The notes under the pieces: model-generated
Databases searched by the model: none
The model's input: only the letters and a program-made list of their open reading frames with translations
Told to the model about the DNA's origin: nothing
IMG/VR virus record: IMGVR_UViG_3300005609_000008
Coordinates: 1 to 60,854 of that record
DNA: 60,854 bases
Strand: one strand, 5' to 3'
From: a virus
Taxonomy: Duplodnaviria; Caudoviricetes
Shown here: positions 55,201 through 60,854 of the stretch, one piece after another
Layout of the letters: each line of letters opens with the position of its first letter
Position numbering within the stretch: the first letter of the stretch is position 1
Position numbers and translations under genes: made by a program

Positions 55201-55548
55201 ATGGAATTATCAGTAATTGGAAAAATCACAAAAGTATTACCACCACAAAGTGGTACATCAAAAGCAGGAAATGCCTGGACTAAGCAACTTTTTTTAATTG
55301 ACAACGGAGAAACATACAACAACTTGTTTTGCTTTGAGTTGTTTAAAGACGAAAAGGTGCAACAATTTAATCAATATAACAATGTAGGAGATGTTGTCAA
55401 GGTTGAGTTTAACGTAAACTGCAACGAGTACAATGGGAAGTATTATACAAGCCTACAAGCATGGAAGGTATCTAAAGCTGATCTATCTAATATAGAGGTA
55501 AATGAGCCAGAGGTTGTAGGAGAAGAAGATGGTGAAGTGCCATTCTAA
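55201..55548 (+). CDS. DUF3127 family OB-fold ssDNA-binding-like protein
   Basis: GKITKVLP..SGTSKAG..W.KQ.F and EYNGKYYTSLQAWK motifs; acidic tail ending VPF. Confidence 0.8.
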   Translation: MELSVIGKITKVLPPQSGTSKAGNAWTKQLFLIDNGETYNNLFCFELFKDEKVQQFNQYNNVGDVVKVEFNVNCNEYNGKYYTSLQAWKVSKADLSNIEVNEPEVVGEEDGEVPF

Positions 55549-55568
55549 AACTATAATTAAAAATAAAT

Positions 55569-55594
55569 AGGGAGATTTATGTCTCCCTTTTTTT
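55569..55594 (+). terminator. Intrinsic terminator
   Basis: AGGGAGAT-ttat-GTCTCCCT followed by a T tract. Confidence 0.8.
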
Positions 55595-55605
55595 ACCTCT
55601 TGTGT

Positions 55606-55775
55606 GTGACGAATATGACAGAAAAAGAATCTCTATATATATATATACTTTTTATATATTTATTATTTTTATTCCCTATACGATAGTAATAAATTGTCAC
55701 AAACTGTCACAAAGCTAATAATCAATAAGTTACGAAAATAAAAACGACATAAAAACGACACAGAAATGACACAGA
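55606..55775. other. Origin-like element B, directly upstream of the primase-helicase gene
   Basis: GTGAC/TGACA, (TA)7, TCCCTATACGA, AAATTGTCACAAACTGTCAC, IHF match at 55720-55732 and GACA repeats. Confidence 0.6.
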
Positions 55776-58183
55776 ATATCACAATATTCAGAAATATAAA
55801 GGAAACAGATACTCCTTTCTATGTTAACATAGATAAAATACTTGATAGAATTAAGAATGGGAAGTCTAAAGACTTAGTTAAAAACATTAGAAAAGAAAAA
55901 GACAAGACCCATAGAAACGAACTTAAAAAGAAATTACCAGCAATATGTTTTTCAGGAAAATTTACCAACAGAAAAGACTCTTCATTAAATGAGCATAGTG
56001 GTTTTATATGTCTAGATTTTGATGGATATGAAAAGCAAAAAACTATGATATCTGAAAAACAAAAACTAACAAAAGATAAGTACACTTATTCTGTTTTTGT
56101 TTCACCAAGTGGTAATGGATTGAAAGTAATTGTTAAGATACCACAAGATGTAGAAAACCATATAAACTATTTTATAGCACTAGAAAAATACTACGAGTCA
56201 AAATACTTTGACAAGACTTGCAAGAATGTAAGTAGGGTTTGTTATGAGTCTTATGATCCATTACTATTTTTAAATAAGAACTCATCTGTATGGGATGAAG
56301 TTGCAGAAATTGAGTATAAAGAGTTTACCTCATCAGATTCACCAACAATACCTATCACAGATGAAAATAAAATAGTTGAAATACTAGTTAAATGGTGGAC
56401 AAAAAAGTACCCAATGACCGAAGGTCAGCGAAACCAAAATGTATACGTTTTAGCTATGGCATTTAATGATTATGGTGTTCAACCATCTTTAGCAGGATAT
56501 ATACTTAATCAGTATGCAACTAAAGATTTTAATCAGAAAGAAATTAAAAGAACAATAGATTCAGCTTACTCCAACAGACAAAACTTTGGAACTAAGTATT
56601 ACGAAGATGATGTAGCAATAAGTAAAATAAAACAACAACTAAGAAGAGGAGTACCAAAAAAAGAGATTCGTCAGCAATTTGAAGATACGGCTATTGGTGG
56701 CGATGTGGTTAATGCCGTTATACACAAAGTTGAAGATGAAAATAGCAAGTACATATTTTGGACTAAAAGTGATAAAGGAGTTGTTAAGATTGTTCACATA
56801 GAATTTAAAAGATTTTTAGAAGACAAAGGATTTTTTAAATTTTGCCCAGAGGGAAGTAAAAATTATGTGTTTGTAAAACGAGAAAGTAATTTAGTGGATC
56901 ACACATCAGAAAAAGAAATAAAAGATTTTGTTCTTTCTCATCTACTTACCCTTGATGATATTAGTATATACAATTACTTTGCAGATTCAGTTAGGTTTTT
57001 TAGGGAAGAGTTTTTAACACTACTAGAAACAATTGACATATTTTTTATTGAAGATACTAAGTATTCTGCTTATCTGTACTATAATAATTGTGCAGTTGAG
57101 ATTACTAAAAATTCTGTAAAAATAATGGAGTATTCAGACTTAGAGGGTTATGTTTGGAGAGACCATATTATTGATAGAAAATTTAAAATATGTGAAGTTG
57201 GTAATTGTACATATCAAACGTTTGTAAAAAATATTTGTGGAGGCGAACAAGAGCAGAAGAGAATTAAGACTATGGAAAGCACCATTGGATTTATGCTTCA
57301 TGCTCACAAAAATTTAAGCTATTGTCCTGCTATTATATTAAATGACGAGGTTATAACAGACACACCTGAAGGTGGAACTGGTAAAGGAATATTTATGAAG
57401 GCAATATCACATATGAAAAAGGTTGTGACTATCGATGGAAAGTCGTTTGCTTTTGAACGTTCCTTTGCATATCAGTTAGTATCAGCAGATACACAGATAC
57501 TTGTGTTTGATGATGTTAAGAAATACTTTGATTTTGAAAGATTGTTTTCTGTTGTTACTGAGGGCATGACCTTAGAGAAGAAAAATAAAGATGCCATCTC
57601 TATACCATTTTCTAAATCACCTAAGATTGCAATCACAACTAACTATGCAATTAAAGGGAGTGGTAATTCTTTTGCTCGTAGAAAGTGGGAGGTTGAACTT
57701 AGTCAACACTATAATAAAAATCGTACTCCATTAGATGAGTTTGGTAAATTGATGTTTGGAGATTGGGATGATGCAGAATGGTGTCAGTTTGATAACTACA
57801 TGATACAAAATCTACAACTATATCTTGGTAAGGGATTGTTAAAGTCTCATTCTGTAAACCAAGAGATAAGAAACTTAGGTGTTGAAACAAGCCATGAATT
57901 TTTAGAGTGGTGTGGTCTGATTGAAGGGGAGATGGATAATCTATTGGTTGCAAAAAATAGAAAAAGCTACAAGCAAACTTTATATGTAGAATTTACATCT
58001 GAGTACCCAGACTATGCACCGAAATCTAAGATGTCTATAACAAGAAACAGATTCTACAAGTGGCTCGTTGCATATGCTAATTACAAATTTGGTTGTGCTC
58101 CAGAGGAGGGTAGAGACCGAGATGGAAGATGGATTCGATTCAGAGGTAAAGAAGAACTAGAAGTGCAAGGTAAACTAATGTAA
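55766..58183 (+). CDS. Primase-helicase (BT4734/VirE-N primase-like, PriCT and SF3-like NTPase)
   Basis: KKKLPAICFSG, ICLDFD, SPSGNGLK, GQRN, Walker A GGTGKG, Walker B FDD and ITTN motifs. Confidence 0.8.
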   Translation: MTQNITIFRNIKETDTPFYVNIDKILDRIKNGKSKDLVKNIRKEKDKTHRNELKKKLPAICFSGKFTNRKDSSLNEHSGFICLDFDGYEKQKTMISEKQKLTKDKYTYSVFVSPSGNGLKVIVKIPQDVENHINYFIALEKYYESKYFDKTCKNVSRVCYESYDPLLFLNKNSSVWDEVAEIEYKEFTSSDSPTIPITDENKIVEILVKWWTKKYPMTEGQRNQNVYVLAMAFNDYGVQPSLAGYILNQYATKDFNQKEIKRTIDSAYSNRQNFGTKYYEDDVAISKIKQQLRRGVPKKEIRQQFEDTAIGGDVVNAVIHKVEDENSKYIFWTKSDKGVVKIVHIEFKRFLEDKGFFKFCPEGSKNYVFVKRESNLVDHTSEKEIKDFVLSHLLTLDDISIYNYFADSVRFFREEFLTLLETIDIFFIEDTKYSAYLYYNNCAVEITKNSVKIMEYSDLEGYVWRDHIIDRKFKICEVGNCTYQTFVKNICGGEQEQKRIKTMESTIGFMLHAHKNLSYCPAIILNDEVITDTPEGGTGKGIFMKAISHMKKVVTIDGKSFAFERSFAYQLVSADTQILVFDDVKKYFDFERLFSVVTEGMTLEKKNKDAISIPFSKSPKIAITTNYAIKGSGNSFARRKWEVELSQHYNKNRTPLDEFGKLMFGDWDDAEWCQFDNYMIQNLQLYLGKGLLKSHSVNQEIRNLGVETSHEFLEWCGLIEGEMDNLLVAKNRKSYKQTLYVEFTSEYPDYAPKSKMSITRNRFYKWLVAYANYKFGCAPEEGRDRDGRWIRFRGKEELEVQGKLM

Positions 58184-58186
58184 GGT

Positions 58187-59428
58187 ATGATTGAATTTAG
58201 AGACTATCAAAAGAATATTATCGGTCAAGGAACTGAGATTCTAAAAGACAATGGATTCTTATATCTTGCAATGGAAGTCCGAACTGGAAAGACTTTAACA
58301 AGTCTAGGTATTGCAGATCAGATGAACGTGGAACACGTATTGTTTCTTACAAAAAAGAAAGCTATATCATCAATCGTTGGTGACTATGACCTTATGTGTC
58401 CAGCATCTTTTATATTGTTCACCATAAACTACGAGAGCATGCATAAGCTTCCACAAAATATTAAGTGGGATATTGTTATCATTGACGAGGCACATAGTTT
58501 AGGTGCGATACCTAAGCCTAACAAACGTGCTAGAGATGTAAAGACGTTAATCAAAAAAAACAAGAGTAAAGTAATTCTGATGTCAGGAACACCAACACCT
58601 GAGTCATACAGTCAAATGTATCACCAGGTGTATGGTATTCCAAATAATCCATTTAGAGAGCATGTAAGCTTCTATAAGTTTGCAAAGGACTATGTAGATG
58701 TTAGACAGAGAAAAATAAACTCTATGATGATTAATGACTATTCTAGAGGACTTGAAACTATAGTTGACAAGATGAATCCATACACGATTAGATTTACCCA
58801 AAAGGAAGCAGGATTCCGTAACGATATAGTAGAAGAAGTATTGGAGGTTGATATGAGTGAATTAACTTACAAGCTAACATCTAAACTAAAAAAAGATTTA
58901 GTTGTTGAAGGTAATGAAGATGTGATACTTGCTGATACACCAGTAAAACTTATGATGAAGCTTCACCAAATGTATAGTGGAACAGTTAAGTTTGAGAGTG
59001 GAAACTCTATGATATTAGATTTAAATAAAGCACAATTTATTTATGATAATTTTTGCGTTTCAAAGGTTGGAATATTTTATAAGTTTAAGGAGGAGCTGAA
59101 CGCATTAAAGATTGTTTATGGAGATCAGTTATGTACGGAGCTTGAAGAGTTTAATTCAACAGATAAAACTATAGCACTACAGATTGTTAGTGGTCGTGAG
59201 GGAATAAGCCTGCGTAATGCAGAGTTTTTAGTATACTACAACATAGACTTTAGTGCAACAAGTTATTGGCAGAGTCGTGACCGAATGACAACCAAAGATA
59301 GCCAAATAAGTAAAGTGTACTGGGTTTTTGCAAAGGATGGAATAGAGAAAGAAATATACAAATCAGTAGTTCAAAAGAAGGATTATACGCTTAAACACTT
59401 TAAAAAAGATTTATTAACTTTAAATTAA
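58187..59428 (+). CDS. SNF2-like superfamily 2 helicase
   Basis: FRDYQ, VRTGKT, IIDEAH, SGTP, EGISL and QSRDR motifs. Confidence 0.85.
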   Translation: MIEFRDYQKNIIGQGTEILKDNGFLYLAMEVRTGKTLTSLGIADQMNVEHVLFLTKKKAISSIVGDYDLMCPASFILFTINYESMHKLPQNIKWDIVIIDEAHSLGAIPKPNKRARDVKTLIKKNKSKVILMSGTPTPESYSQMYHQVYGIPNNPFREHVSFYKFAKDYVDVRQRKINSMMINDYSRGLETIVDKMNPYTIRFTQKEAGFRNDIVEEVLEVDMSELTYKLTSKLKKDLVVEGNEDVILADTPVKLMMKLHQMYSGTVKFESGNSMILDLNKAQFIYDNFCVSKVGIFYKFKEELNALKIVYGDQLCTELEEFNSTDKTIALQIVSGREGISLRNAEFLVYYNIDFSATSYWQSRDRMTTKDSQISKVYWVFAKDGIEKEIYKSVVQKKDYTLKHFKKDLLTLN

Positions 59429-59434
59429 ATTTTA

Positions 59435-59881
59435 ATGAGAACAAAAATTGGTTTATTTAGACAAGATGATTATAATAAATATAATGATGTATCGATAAAA
59501 AAAGTTTCTGATTATTTAATTAAAAAAGGTTTTATTGTACCTCAAAAAAATGAAGATTACGATATTGATATAATTGCATACAAGAATAATATTGAATATA
59601 GAATAGAGGTTGAGGTTAGAACTAAATTAAATTGGACTTCAGAAAAAGACTACCCATTTGATACAGTATCTTTTTTAGGTAGAAAAGAAAAGTATTCTAA
59701 ACCAAATATGTTTTGGTATTTTCTTGTTTCAAATGATATAAATAATTTTTTATTCTGTAGAAGCGATTACATATTTAACAAACAATACCAGATTAAAAAA
59801 CAAGTAGATACAAATAAAAGATATGGAATTGATATAGCATATCATGTTCCAAAACAATTATGTAAGTTTAGAACGTTTTAA
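59435..59881 (+). CDS. PD-(D/E)XK-like nuclease
   Basis: GF.V...YDIDIIA...IEVEVR pattern. Confidence 0.5.
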   Translation: MRTKIGLFRQDDYNKYNDVSIKKVSDYLIKKGFIVPQKNEDYDIDIIAYKNNIEYRIEVEVRTKLNWTSEKDYPFDTVSFLGRKEKYSKPNMFWYFLVSNDINNFLFCRSDYIFNKQYQIKKQVDTNKRYGIDIAYHVPKQLCKFRTF

Positions 59882-60120
59882 TGACAGAACAACGTATACA
59901 AGGGAAGAGAATTAAAGAATTAGAATTAGAGGGTTACTATGTTATTAAGTTAATCAAGACCAATAAGAACGGTATCCCTGATCTAATTGCAGTTCACCCA
60001 GATGGGAAGATACTTTTTAGTGAGATAAAAAAAGAAGGTGGGAAGTTGTCGGAGTTACAAAAATATAGAATAAAAGAATTAGAAAAACATGGATTTAGAA
60101 CTGAAGTTTACAGAGGATAG
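59881..60120 (+). CDS. VRR-NUC nuclease / Holliday junction resolvase-like
   Basis: GIPDLIA, FSEIKK, GKLSELQ and L...GF motifs. Confidence 0.85.
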   Translation: MTEQRIQGKRIKELELEGYYVIKLIKTNKNGIPDLIAVHPDGKILFSEIKKEGGKLSELQKYRIKELEKHGFRTEVYRG

Positions 60121-60463
60121 AGATATATTATTAAAAAACTATGGTGTGACATTTTATGTTGCAACATACTTAAATGAGTTGCCATTTAATCTTAGAGTTA
60201 AAGTTAATAATGCTCTTGAAAACTTAAATTATGATTTGTTTACACCATCAGATGAATATATTTTAATTGGTGGGGTTATAAAAGGAGAAAATCCTTTCTT
60301 TTTTTCTTTGGCTTTTTTGCGTGAAGAAGGAGAGTATCCATATTTTGTAGACATAAAACAAGATACTTTGGATGAATATTTAGATTACGTTAAAGCAAAA
60401 CAAACAATTGAAAATTATGAACATAAAAAAAACAATACAGAAAGCACAACAAATGCTAGATAA
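60089..60463 (+). CDS. Hypothetical protein (124 aa)
   Basis: ORF track. Confidence 0.65.
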   Translation: MDLELKFTEDRDILLKNYGVTFYVATYLNELPFNLRVKVNNALENLNYDLFTPSDEYILIGGVIKGENPFFFSLAFLREEGEYPYFVDIKQDTLDEYLDYVKAKQTIENYEHKKNNTESTTNAR

Positions 60464-60522
60464 ATTACCGAAAGGTGATAAAAAAACTCAACTATTAAAA
60501 AAAATACTTAAATTAAAATCAA

Positions 60523-60831
60523 ATGACAGACCCAATTGAACTATTAAATGAACGATTTAAAGAAATAACACAAGCTAAAGATTCAGCAAATGATAATGGA
60601 TTGTGTAAGGAAGATTTAAAAAAACTAAACAACATACATCATAAATACTATGTGTGTATGGAAATATTAAAAAGAGGGACTAACAAAGAGTTTATAGACC
60701 AGGGTGTATTATACAAAGCTTCTATAGATGTTTTTATTGATCAACAAAAAGAAATAAAAAAGCTCGAAAGCACTGTTAGAAGACTATATAGCGAGAGATA
60801 TAAGGATAAAAATCTTGTACAAAACATATAA
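60523..60831 (+). CDS. Hypothetical protein (102 aa)
   Basis: ORF track; AT-rich leader. Confidence 0.7.
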   Translation: MTDPIELLNERFKEITQAKDSANDNGLCKEDLKKLNNIHHKYYVCMEILKRGTNKEFIDQGVLYKASIDVFIDQQKEIKKLESTVRRLYSERYKDKNLVQNI

Positions 60832-60854
60832 TATTTTTTTTTGTATTTTTATTT

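Noticed and set aside
44482-55775. Twin elements as att sites of an integrated 11-kb element
   Set aside because: There is no integrase, identity is limited to short spaced motifs, and the enclosed genes look like core phage early and recombination genes.
45612-58801. Minus-strand and alternate-frame ORFs overlapping early and replication genes
   Set aside because: Shadow ORFs without leaders, overlapping motif-supported genes.

Overview
The window looks like a complete or nearly complete ~61 kb tailed dsDNA phage genome (podovirus-type, distantly crAss-like head/tail module). The host is probably Bacteroidota/Flavobacteriia, judging from TAnnTTTG promoters, AT-rich leaders without Shine-Dalgarno sites, a DUF3127 protein and a BT4734/VirE-N-type primase. 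The minus strand (1.4-44.9 kb) carries the late genes: groEL/groES, small basic proteins, head spike/fibre candidates, lysis genes, terminase, portal, scaffold, major capsid, tail ring/muzzle proteins and three ejection-type proteins, including a 3267-aa polyvalent protein. The plus strand (45.5-60.8 kb, continuing into 1-1.2 kb) carries a cassette-like early region, two cytosine methyltransferases, and recombination/replication genes. I recognised no DNA polymerase, RNA polymerase, integrase, tRNA or CRISPR array. The most interesting signal is non-coding. A 12-nt leader motif (AAACAATTAGAA) precedes about 12 early genes. A separate ORF-less promoter-terminator unit at about 1266-1376 carries its exact antisense, making it a candidate trans-acting sRNA for the early regulon. 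A symmetric three-way-junction RNA candidate at 33828-33916 displays the same CAAUUA core three times. There are also two covarying double-hairpin elements in the early region and two homologous origin-like elements with IHF sites. All protein family calls come from motif recognition by eye, not from database searches.
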